DNA from: Monocercomonoides exilis PA203
Taxonomy: Eukaryota; Protista; Preaxostyla
Length of the DNA: 64,000 bases
Direction of reading: 5' to 3'
Assembly: GCA_001643675.2 (NCBI GenBank)
Contig: LSRY02000035.1
Location: 558,001 to 622,000, forward strand
Shown here: piece by piece, positions 32,801 to 42,629 of the stretch
How the letters are laid out: every line of letters starts with the position of its first letter
Numbering within the stretch: the stretch's first letter is position 1
Made by a program: the position numbers and the translations under genes
The notes under the pieces: generated by a model
The model's input: only the letters and a program-made list of their open reading frames with translations
What the model was told of the DNA's origin: nothing
The model's database searches: none

Positions 32801-34232
32801 ACGATGATGATGATGATTCATCGCTTGAGGGATTCTGTTGTTTCATTCCTTCTTTTTCTCCATCACCTTTTTCTTCATCGGTTGTGGTGCTTTCCTCCAG
32901 TCCAATGGGAATGATGCCTGACGCGATGAGTGCTGCCCTCAATAGCGACAGGTCGTCTCTGCCGAGGCAGAAGCAGTCGTCGATGGTGGACAGCACAGCC
33001 TCTCTCCGCTGGTCGACAGAAACGAGATGGATGACTGGCTGTGGGATGAGTGAAAGTGTAGCTACGATTGGTGGGGTGGGTGTGGGAGAGGACGATGGCT
33101 CTGTTGGGGAAGAATAGAGTAAAGAAGAGGAGGAAGAAGAAGAAGAAGAAGAATTTTGAAGATGGCAACTTTGTGGCTGCTGTTGATGTGGCTGGAGTGG
33201 AAAATCAGGCGCAGAATTGTCAGTTGATCGGAAACTCGATGACAATTGTGGTGGAAGTGGGAGCGAATGAGATGCTTCACTTTTCGTTGCTGCATCTTTG
33301 TATTCTTCTGGTTTTGCTTCTTGTTTTTGAGCGCATGATGCTTCAAACGGAGGGAGAAGAGACAAATTTACAGAAATGTTCAAAACAAGCGCTCCGTTTG
33401 GAAAATCCATTGCCAAAAAAAAGATATCGCTTGCAATTGTGTGCGTAATATCAATGCGCACTGGTGTGACTTCGCATAGAACAGAATCCGATGAAAAAAG
33501 AACAGGATGTATTTTTAGTGGATAATTTTTAAAAGTTTTGCTGTTTGAAGAGTTTAATGCGTCTGAAGTCTCAAATGGCTTTGAAGAAACAACATCACTA
33601 CGTCTAAATTCAAACATCCATTTATTAAAATGCTGTGATCGAACAGTCTTTTTAACAAGATCTTGAAGAAGATCCATCGCAACACTAGAATAGCACTATT
33701 TGAAAAATATTACCAAGCAAAAAATTCAAACAATAAATATCACGTTTCATAATCTTATCAAACATGTGTCGCACACTTTGTGTAATACCGTTGAAATTGG
33801 ATATGAAAAATTGGCGAATTTTTCTTGAAACGATAGATGAGAAGGTGAGTTCGATTGTTTTGAAGACTCCAGGGAACAAAAAGCTAAAAATTCTTCTGCA
33901 GCTTCATCGAATTTTCCTTCCTTAAGCATGGACATTCCTTTCGCAGGAAAGGGCAAAAGATGCTCTGTGCTGATAAATGATGATTTCTTTCTTTGATTTG
34001 CTCGTCTCAGTACTTCAAACTGAAATAACCATCCCAAAAATGATGCGGCTCTAACATTCTCATAGAGGGATATGTTTGCATCTTTACGAAAATTTCTGAG
34101 AGCTAATATTTCCTCAGCAAGAATGTCGTCCGAAAACAATTTCGATACTTCTTCCAGAGATTGGTCTTTTATGCATCTTTCTTTGGAAGAAATTATCTGA
34201 ACAAGCTTTCGTACATTTTTTTCGCTCTCCAT
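26847..34232 (-). CDS. GHMP-kinase-like / UTP-glucose-1-phosphate uridylyltransferase-like fusion protein with large Ser-rich insertions (2 exons, ~2434 aa)
   Basis: Exons 34232-33777 and 33695-26847 (81-nt GT-AG intron, phase 0). GHMP-type motifs PVRIDI...SDIFFLAMDFP, IPKGSRMAVSTSLLA, GEWIGGNGGGWQDS, LGSSSGGG. Nucleotidyltransferase-type motifs SFLEIQL, PLGHAYE, WNVDGIG...DPALLG, FEVMER...DKG. Confidence 0.75.
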
Positions 34233-34316
34233 TCCACAGTTCCTGTCCTCTTCTCGATTTTTTGTTGAAGTGTTTTGGAGATTGATCTCGTATACAATTA
34301 AATATTTTATTATTTA

Positions 34317-34995
34317 ATGTCAACATCCCTGAACCAAAAAGAAATAGAAAAGTATGGCATATTGTCTAGGATGTGCCAAGTATCAGATGAATAAAACTAT
34401 ATCGCCTAAAATGCGCGCAAATTTCTTCAAGATAAGAATTGGCAGTTCTTTCATAAATACAATTTTTCTTAGCTCTTGGTTATTTCCCTAGTTCCAGATT
34501 GTTGACTTCAAACGACATTTTTGTTTTATCTTCGGAAATAGATTCTATTTCGTCCAGTTTGATTAGTTTTATATTTTCTTTTGTTATTTTGAGAAATTGT
34601 TGATGTACTTTTTGACTGAAGACTTTCCATCTTTTCTGCAGCTCGTATGCAAAGCAAAGCAGCTCTCGAAAAAGCCTATGGAAGATCCATTCCCTGAAGA
34701 TGCATTTGCGGCTTTGTCACGGAATCCATCTGTTGGTGGAAAAGTCCCTCTTGATCAAATCAGGCAAATGCTGGCTGATTATTCGTTTACTGTTGATGTA
34801 GATGTATGCTATTGAGAATTGCTTTATTTCATTTTTGAGCAATTTGTCACTTTGACTTTTTTTACAAATTTGTATCAGGCATATTTTGCGAAACATCCAC
34901 CTCGCGAATGGTGCATCTCTTTGGAAGAGTTTGAAGCATTTTTGAAAGAGGCTGCAAAGCCTATGGCAAATTTGAATTGCCACTGGAAAAAATAA
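34317..34995 (+). CDS. Small calmodulin/centrin-like degenerate EF-hand protein (multi-exon; 5' structure uncertain)
   Basis: Exon pieces LGYFPSS, DFPSFLQLV...EDAFAAL...GGKVPLDQIRQML, and a last exon 34879-34995 (CISLEEFEAFL) after GT-AG intron 34804-34878. The start at ATG 34317 is tentative. Confidence 0.55.
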
Positions 34996-35136
34996 ACAAC
35001 TGTTTTCAACTTCAACTCGGAAACGCAATAGTTTGCAATTCTGAAAAATCAGAGATGCAACATTCACTGATAATGCATTTGAAAATGGATATTTTTTTGC
35101 AATTAGTTCCATGTTTGTGTTGTTTTGTTTTATTAA

Positions 35137-35483
35137 CCCCAATAGTTAAATTGACTCAGTTATAAATAAATTTTCAAATATCTGGACAAGTTTTGAATGA
35201 ATTATCATAACATTTCATCAATAAATGCACGGGCATTTGAAATTTCTCTTTTTTCATTATTTCTATGTTTTTATTGATATTTTTTTGGAAAACAATTTGA
35301 TAAGATGTGACTTATTGAGTATTTATTTTATGCATAGAAATAATGTTTAATTTTTACTTAATATGACACAAACAAATCATGCGACATTTATTATTCGAAA
35401 ATTGGTAAACTTATTATTCAAAATAAATCGAATTGAGTATTTTAAAACAAAAATATTTTACAAAAATTAGTAACTGGATGATT
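35137..35483 (+). repeat. Left long terminal inverted repeat (347 bp)
   Basis: CCCCAATAGTTAAATTGACTCAG...TAACTGGATGATT. Confidence 0.92.
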
Positions 35484-35949
35484 ATTAGTAAGAGATGGAC
35501 ATTAATGCTTCAACAGTATTTGCACAACGATTAATGTTTGAACCTATCTTCACTTTGTTTGTCAATATTCATTATAATATCAACTATATGGGATATTATT
35601 ATTTGCTTTATGAATTTTGTTCCATTCTGCACATTTGATTATTTTTCTCAATTTCAAAAATTATCCTATGATTTATTGACACGAAAATGAAAGACTTGTC
35701 ATGATAAGGCTGTGGAAAAAGTTTGGAACAAATCGTTGATTTTTTTGTAAAATGCAAGAATTTTGCAACATATGTTACTAAAATCATCATCGTTGAAATT
35801 GGAAATTTTTTTTATTAATTTGTTCCAATAATATGAGTGATTATTTTTGAAACCAAATATTTTTTCGGGGAGTTGATTTCAAAAAGATTGTTAGTGTTTT
35901 GAAAGTCATTTTTTTGATTTAAAAGAGGAAAAGAGTAATTATTCTTTTT

Positions 35950-37239
35950 GGTACAATCCCAATTGGCGGACATAACCCATAATTTTTAATGAGAAAAAAG
36001 AAAAAAGAAATAAATTCAAATGTTAGAATCATGTCTTTTTGTTGAAGATATGTTTAAAATGAAAAGTGCTGGTGGGTGCTGTATTTTGAAAATTAAAATA
36101 AAGACAATTATATTTTTTTATTGTTTGCTCAATAAAAATTAATAAAGAATAACACTGAATGGTTTGAAAAATGAACAAATAGAAAACAATAACTTGGTAT
36201 GTTATGTGCTTCAACTTGTGGCATTCTGATTCATCGATATTTTTTATTTCATCTGAAAAAAGAAAAAAAAGTTAATAGAAAAAAAAAAATTAAAAATTCA
36301 AACTTCCATTTGTTCATAAATATTATTGACAGCCAAGGTATCCAAAAAGGTGTAATAAGTGCTGTCTTCTTGCCTTTTGCAAGCGAAAGAATCCATATAT
36401 GATTGAATTACTGAATGTCTGACTCCATGTGGTGGTAAGCTTTTACGAAACAAGGACCAGAGACCTTCAATGCGGTTGGTGTGAGTGTTTGTTTCTTAAT
36501 TAATAAATGTCTTTTTGTGATTGACCATTCTATGTGTGTAACCAAGATTTTCCATTCCATTGTAGGCCCGCCAGCTGTCACTGTTAATTATTGAACCTAA
36601 TTCAATATTTCTTCTCACCGAAGAATGTAAAGTGTGCTTTTTTCTATCTGGAACCATTTCCATAAACATATTGCTTTTTCCTTTTCCTGTTTGAGGGACG
36701 TCAATACCTCCGAAAACCCACTGCTGAGGTTTTTTTCTTCCTTTTTTATATTTTCTGCGAAATAAAAGCATCTCATCAATTTGAACTATTCTGTTGACTC
36801 CACCAATCCTTCTCTTCATAATCTGCATTTCCCGAGATACGGCTCTCCTAAAAAGAGAATAAATGTGGCAGACCGTGTTTTTGGATAGATTTGTAAGTAA
36901 AGTTGCCTGTTTTGCTGTAATGTTTATCCAAAAGTACAGTGACAGTTTCATAAATTGATGCATTTTTATTCGGATTTTTTCAAAAACTGTATTTTTCCTT
37001 ATGCTGACTGATTGGTGTTGGCAACGGTAGCGAAATCTTTCATCTGCTTCTTTTTTGAATCCAATCATCTTTTGGCATTTGCCACAGTAAATTTGCTTCT
37101 TAACCAGATTCCTTTCCACAAGAAAATCAACGGTTTTATCTTCATCGTTGAAGGTTTGGCTCAATTTGGATATTTCTAATTTTTTATTTGAATTTTCCAT
37201 ATTTAATAATGGGTTATGTCCGTTTATTGGGATTGTACC
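35950..37239 (-). mobile_element. Merlin / IS1595(IS1016)-superfamily DNA transposon, 1290 bp, nested in the larger element
   Basis: 31-bp TIRs (35950-35980 and 37209-37239; GGTACAATCCCAAT-nnn-CGGACATAACCCAT, 3 mismatches), GG...CC termini, 8-bp TSD TTCTTTTT (35942-35949 and 37240-37247), and a DDE transposase inside. Confidence 0.92.
36298..37200 (-). pseudogene. Merlin/IS1595 DDE transposase (~300 aa) with one in-frame TAA
   Basis: CGKC zinc-ribbon, VQIDE, QWVFGG, VPDR...TL, NSDSWRAY, HRMVNH. After TAA at 36496-36498 the frame continues ETNTHTNRIEGLW (third catalytic E) for 65 aa to TGA at 36298. Confidence 0.88.
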
Positions 37240-38300
37240 TTCTTTTTTTCAAAAAAAACAAATGTTTTTATTGAATCAAAGATGAAGATATTTTTTTAAA
37301 GTCTTTTATTTTTTCAGTGTTCTTTTTTTGATATTCAATAAGAAGTTTTTGGATCGAAAATTTTGAAAGCAAAAATATGATTAAAAAAATTATCACCAAT
37401 ATTTAACTTTTTTTCAAAAGGACAATATTATATGCATTGTCAAAAAAATAGCTGCAAACAACAAAAACAAAATTTAACAATCAAATATAACTTATTTCAA
37501 ACCATTTTTTTTTAAAAAAAAAAAAAAAAAACAACTATTTCCATGCTTAAAGATTTTTTTCCAAAAAAAAGAGGACATATTTAAGTTTGAATTCTTTCTT
37601 ATAAATCCATATTAATTTGGTTGATTGTTTTTGAAATCATAACTTTTGTCGGTGGATCGATTTTTCAAAGGTTCTTCGTCTTTCATTGGATATTTTTCAT
37701 TCAAATGAAATATGAATAACAATTATTTCATAATCCAATGTTTGAGATAGTTCGTGCAATTTTGTCAACAAATGGATGATCATAATTCCCCGTGCATTAT
37801 TTTTTTAAAGTAATTATTGTTAAATTTTTTTATCCAAAACTTTGAATTAACTGATTGTCTCAAATACTTTGAAATCAATCAAATGTTTATGTGAAATACA
37901 TTTATGACTTTCTATTTCTTTAAGTGACAACATGCATTTGAAAGACAAAATTTTGATATCATGTGACATTTTTAAAAAATTCTTTTTTAAATTAACTGCA
38001 AATAGGAAAATTAAATATATTCCGTAATAATCATTATTTAAAAAAATGATCACCCAAATAATCAATCAAATGCTGAAAAGGAAACAACAAATACAAGCTT
38101 AAAAGTTTGAGATGAATGAAAAACAGACGTTTTCATTTAAATGATCCATCACTTTTGAATGTTTGAATGTCAGAATGCAAATGAAAACATTCAAACAGTA
38201 AATTTTGATTTGAATAAAAATTAAATTTAAAAATCAATCTCGCAATATTTCATATTTTTTCGAAAATTGAAAACATCCGATTTTATAATTAGTTGCAAAC

Positions 38301-38647
38301 AATCATCCAGTTACTAATTTTTGTAAAATATTTTTGTTTTAAAATACTCAATTCGATTTATTTTGAATAATAAGTTTACCAATTTTCGAATAATAAATGT
38401 CGCATGATTTGTTTGTGTCATATTAAGTAAAAATTAAACATTATTTCTATGCATAAAATAAATACTCAATAAGTCACATCTTATCAAATTGTTTTCCAAA
38501 AAAATATCAATAAAAACATAGAAATAATGAAAAAAGAGAAATTTCAAATGCCCGTGCATTTATTGATGAAATGTTATGATAATTCATTCAAAACTTGTCC
38601 AGATATTTGAAAATTTATTTATAACTGAGTCAATTCAACTATTGGGG
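38301..38647 (-). repeat. Right long terminal inverted repeat (347 bp)
   Basis: AATCATCCAGTTA...CTGAGTCAATTCAACTATTGGGG, the reverse complement of 35137-35483. Confidence 0.92.
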
Positions 38648-38803
38648 TTAATAAAACCCAATTTCAGTAGAATATTGGTTAAAAATACCAAGTCTTTTCA
38701 CGGTGTTTATGTTGACTTTGTATTTTTTTCACATTGCGATTAATTTTCGTTATGATTTTTCGAAACAAATAATAGTTTCTGATAACCATAATTATAATTT
38801 AGA

Positions 38804-40106
38804 ATGGGTTCATTATTTTCAAAATCTTCTGTCTCTTCCATAGGAGAACTAAATAATGTAAACGGAAATGCCAAACATAACGCATGCTATTTATTCAAAG
38901 AATTTATTTATTTATTATTGTTGATAAAAATGCTTTATGATTAAAATTGATTGTTTTTACTTTTTATTTCATTAGTTTGTACAAACAAAAGCAAATACAT
39001 CAATGAACAAGCAAACTTTGTCTCTTCCATCTAATGCCATTACATACGAGCAACCTGTTAAAATTAAAAGAGAGGATATTTTGAAAGAAGTTCAAAATGT
39101 TGATGTTGATTTGAAACAAGAAAAAAGTAGTATGAATTTTCTGTTCATTTTTTTTTTCTTTATCCACCTTCTTTTTCAATGAACTCTTTGATATTATTTT
39201 AGCTGTAAATGAGGACAGGGTTCAGTGTCAAAAATGCGGGAGACTATTCTTCTCTGAGCGAATTAAGAAACATGAAAGCGTTTGCCATGGAAGAATGCAA
39301 GAGAGTACAAAAAGGAATTCTCGTGCTTCTCTTATTCAAGCACAGACAAAACCGTTTGAAACTATTTTCCTTTTTTTTTATGTTTAAAGAAAAAGTTAAA
39401 ATTATAAAGTGCAACAACACCGAATCATACAACTGCAACAACACTAGATTCACAAGCAAACACATTGGGTTCTTCAAGGCCGAGACACCTCGATTCAAAA
39501 ATTTCTTCCACCGAAAATCAGAAAGGAACAATTAGCATTTCCAGAATTCCACGTCTCACATCAAAAGTTAATTTAAAACCGAAAGCGCATGCCACAACTT
39601 CAGCATCTTCCCATAATTTATCAACTCCAAAGAGTCGTAAAATGGCTTTTGACCCACTATCTGGAGAGTCCATTTCTAGACAATTAAACATTCTTAACGA
39701 AATGGAAAAAACAAAATCAAAGAGTTTGATTTCTTTTGCTTTCATAACAACCAAAAAGCAATTCTGATGAACAAATTTCCCTTCTCTTTTTAAACATATT
39801 CATTATCTTTTATTATAAGTGAATTGCGGACTACTGGTTTATCTGACTTCTCCTTCTGGGCAATCAACATGCTTGGGAGAACTTCTGTACGAAAAGGACG
39901 CAACAATTGTGGAGGAACTATCTCTCCTTGTTGAGGATCAGCTTGGAGCGAGAGTGAAGCCAGACACGATGAAGAAAAACGGAGTAATACAGCTTCACAA
40001 ACAACAGTATCCCTTTTCTGTATCGTCAATATTTAGGAAAGATAGCGACTATTTGCTGGTTGAGCCATATGAGGACGAAGCAGATTTGAGAATAGGAAAG
40101 GAATGA
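38804..40106 (+). CDS. C2HC-type zinc-finger protein with N-myristoylation motif (5 exons, ~319 aa)
   Basis: Exons 38804-38857, 38976-39129, 39203-39353, 39410-39723, 39820-40106 are phase-consistent. N-terminus MGSLFS; finger RVQCQKCGRLFFSERIKKHESVC. Confidence 0.75.
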
Positions 40107-40489
40107 AAAGTTTGATGAAAGCAAAACTTGGAAAAAAAACTAGAGTTATTCCTGTCATAGGAAAAAGATAAATAAATATTCCTTTTGCTTCCAAAACACA
40201 ATGCAATTGCTTTTCACAACAAGGAAATCGCTCCCATTTCAAGAAAGCCGAAAACGAGACAGTGCTTTTTGATAGAGAATCGAACAGCCGTGATTTGCAA
40301 CATTTGGCGCATTGGTTTCTTTTGGCCTTTTTTGACCCAATCTGCAAATTCAGTGCCAAAAAACATTATTTCATTCTGTTAGAACAATTTCCGCGCTTTC
40401 AAACAAACTTTGTTTGAATTAACATTTAAAGTCATTGCATCATCAACTTCATATTTGCTGCAGAATTTTTTTCTTCAAAGGACATTTTA

Positions 40490-40670
40490 TTATTCACATC
40501 TTAATCATTTCAAAGCCGAATAGAATAACATAAAAGTAATTACAAGGGAATAGAGCATATTTTTCCTTTAAATTATAACCGAATAAATAACAAAAATTTC
40601 CTTCATTCTTTGTCAATCGTGCAGCTTTTTTCAAACTGAGTTTTCCTTTTTCTTGTGTCAAGCCTTCTCA
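40490..40670 (-). pseudogene. Possible SH3-like remnant
   Basis: EGLTQEKGKLSLKKAARLTKNEGNFCYLFGYNLKEKYALFPCNYF resembles the SH3 ELSxKK...GLFPxNY pattern but is preceded by two TGA stops. Confidence 0.25.
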
Positions 40671-41052
40671 TCACCTGCACCATGAGATTTTTAATTCAAG
40701 AATTACTAAAAAATTTCGCAAAATTGATTGTTCGTTTTTGTTGCTTAATAAAAGAATTAATATCGTAGAGATCAGAACTTCAATGTTTTCAAAAGGAGTT
40801 ATGTTGTGTTTGTTAACTATTTCTTTTTGAAGATGGATAACAACACAGAAGAAAATCGTTGAATGATAAATATTCATTAACAGTAAATGAGATGACAACA
40901 AACACAGGATAAACGAATGTTTTGAATTAAAAAACATTTTCTTCCAAAAACAATCACGAATTACAATCTGACTTTTTATCGAATTATTTATATTGAGAAA
41001 TTACTGAAGAGATAGACGGATAGACAGATAGGGATGACAAATACATACACAA

Positions 41053-42440
41053 TTATTTCTTCTTCGAAAGCGAGGGCTTTCCTCCTTTCACCCATTCCAC
41101 GAATTGTTCAAGAAGAAGAGGCCAAGCACTTTCTGCATCAAAGTTTGAATAATCAGTTCTCACTTCTTTAAAAAAGTCCAAGGTCAAATTCCATGTGTCT
41201 TGCGTGATGAATGGAGCATTCTTTTTCTATATATATAAATAATATATAAAAGAAGAAATAGGATCAAATATTGTTAAACAAGGAAAGTTAATGGAAGACA
41301 TTTGAAGCAATATTAAAAATTTGAAGAAAAAATAAATGACCCATCAGCCAACCCACACACAAATTAAAAATTAAAAATTATTATTAAAAATATTTTTGCT
41401 TTTTTTATAGAGGTTTTCTATCGCATACATTTAAAAAGTCGAGCCATTCTTCCAGATTTGGAAACTTTCCTTTCAATAACAATTCATACATAGCAACGCA
41501 AGTATCGGTAGCTGTTTTTGAATAGCGAATTTTAAATAGAACAAATATAAAAATAAAAAGAAACAACAATCAATAATATCAGTTTTTTTTTGCATGCGAA
41601 GAAATAGTAACAACAAATACACACGAAGTTTCTTTGATCGTTCTTCTTCTTGGTAATATGTAAATGACCATCGATAAAATTCTGCAAACTGATAATTCAA
41701 ACTCATATTTAACAAAAACTAACGATTTGCTTATCTGACAAACATCACTTTCTGAAGAAATGGACGAACGAAGTGTAGGAAGCGCTCTTTTCAATGATGC
41801 AATATCCGTAACACTATTAACAATAGTTAATATAAATACGTTTGTAACAAATTACAAGCAATTTTTCAAACTTCAAAGATGTGCATCCATCTACAAATTC
41901 AGAATGGGTGAATTGGCACATCGCAGAACCTTTGAATTTCCAAGCCAGTATAAGTACTACAATATCATCTGGTTCAACGCCAAGATCGCTAATAAGTTTT
42001 TCAAATTCTGGTGCAAGAATAGCGTCCTCTTCAGGAGCTTTTATTTTAAAAGCAAAAAAAAATTTTTTCATACTAAATTTCAAAAAGAGAATAGTTTCCA
42101 AACATTTGTAAGTACTATAAAAATTTTCTATTTTAGGATTTTGCTTTGGTGGATCAGATTTTGTTGATTCAATAGGATATAATCGTCTGTTTCTTTTAAA
42201 TTCAGCAATTGCATCTGAAATAAAAAAGTGAATATCAATTAACAAAAATTAATTATAAAAGATAAGTGAGCATAACTGTCAACATTCCAACTAGTTTTTT
42301 TTAATAGAGTCTCTGCAGTAACAAGGCTAAATATTTTCTTACAAATATCTATTTGGAAGCATCACTTGAACAAACCTACAACCAATAGCTGCAACAACAC
42401 GATTTTTAAGTTGAGTTGAATTTGAAGGGGTTCTCCACAT
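41053..42440 (-). CDS. DCN1: DCN1-like cullin neddylation E3 (UBA-like + PONY domain), 8 exons
   Basis: Spliced product includes AETLLKKTSWNVDNAI (UBA-like), DLGVEPDDIVVLILAWKF...CQFTHSEFVDG, FAEFYRWSF, LEEWLDFL, ITQDTWNLTLDF, DAESAWPLLLEQFVEW. All 7 introns are GT-AG with consistent phase. Confidence 0.92.
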
Positions 42441-42629
42441 AACTTTAATTTGATTTATAATAATAAAATATCTTCGATCAATTACGTTATAAAATTATTG
42501 CACAAAAAATTTTGTCATATAGTTATTGTTTATTCCAACACTTTTTTTCTTGCACTTGGAACTTGAATTTGAAGAACTTTCAAACATTGACGATTGGTGA
42601 AAAAAGTCAAACCTTTATTTTGAAGAGTC

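Larger units (their letters stand above)
35137..38647. mobile_element. Non-autonomous DNA transposon-like element with 347-bp TIRs, CCCC...GGGG termini and flanking TTAA (piggyBac-like ends)
   Basis: 35137-35483 is the reverse complement of 38301-38647 (one mismatch seen). TTAA at 35133-35136 and 38648-38651. The AT-rich interior has no intact ORF apart from the nested element. Confidence 0.8.

Noticed and set aside
927-36498. TAA/TAG reassigned to Gln (as in some oxymonads, e.g. Streblomastix), suggested by three in-frame TAR codons
   Set aside because: FKBP, DCN1, the GHMP fusion and eIF4E end at TAA/TAG, and long Gln-rich ORFs contain no TAR codons. The three cases are confined to a multicopy gene and a transposase.
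37504-37532. Poly-T followed by poly-A as a terminator or retro-insertion tail
   Set aside because: Simple homopolymers in AT-rich DNA with no TSD or associated element.
35484-38300. Remnant transposase belonging to the outer long-TIR element
   Set aside because: Only short stop-ridden frames without recognisable DDD/DDE motifs outside the Merlin insert.
40180-40360. Possible structured ncRNA (RNase P/MRP or snRNA-like)
   Set aside because: No convincing conserved boxes or Sm site; it could equally be a decayed exon. An Infernal/Rfam scan would decide.
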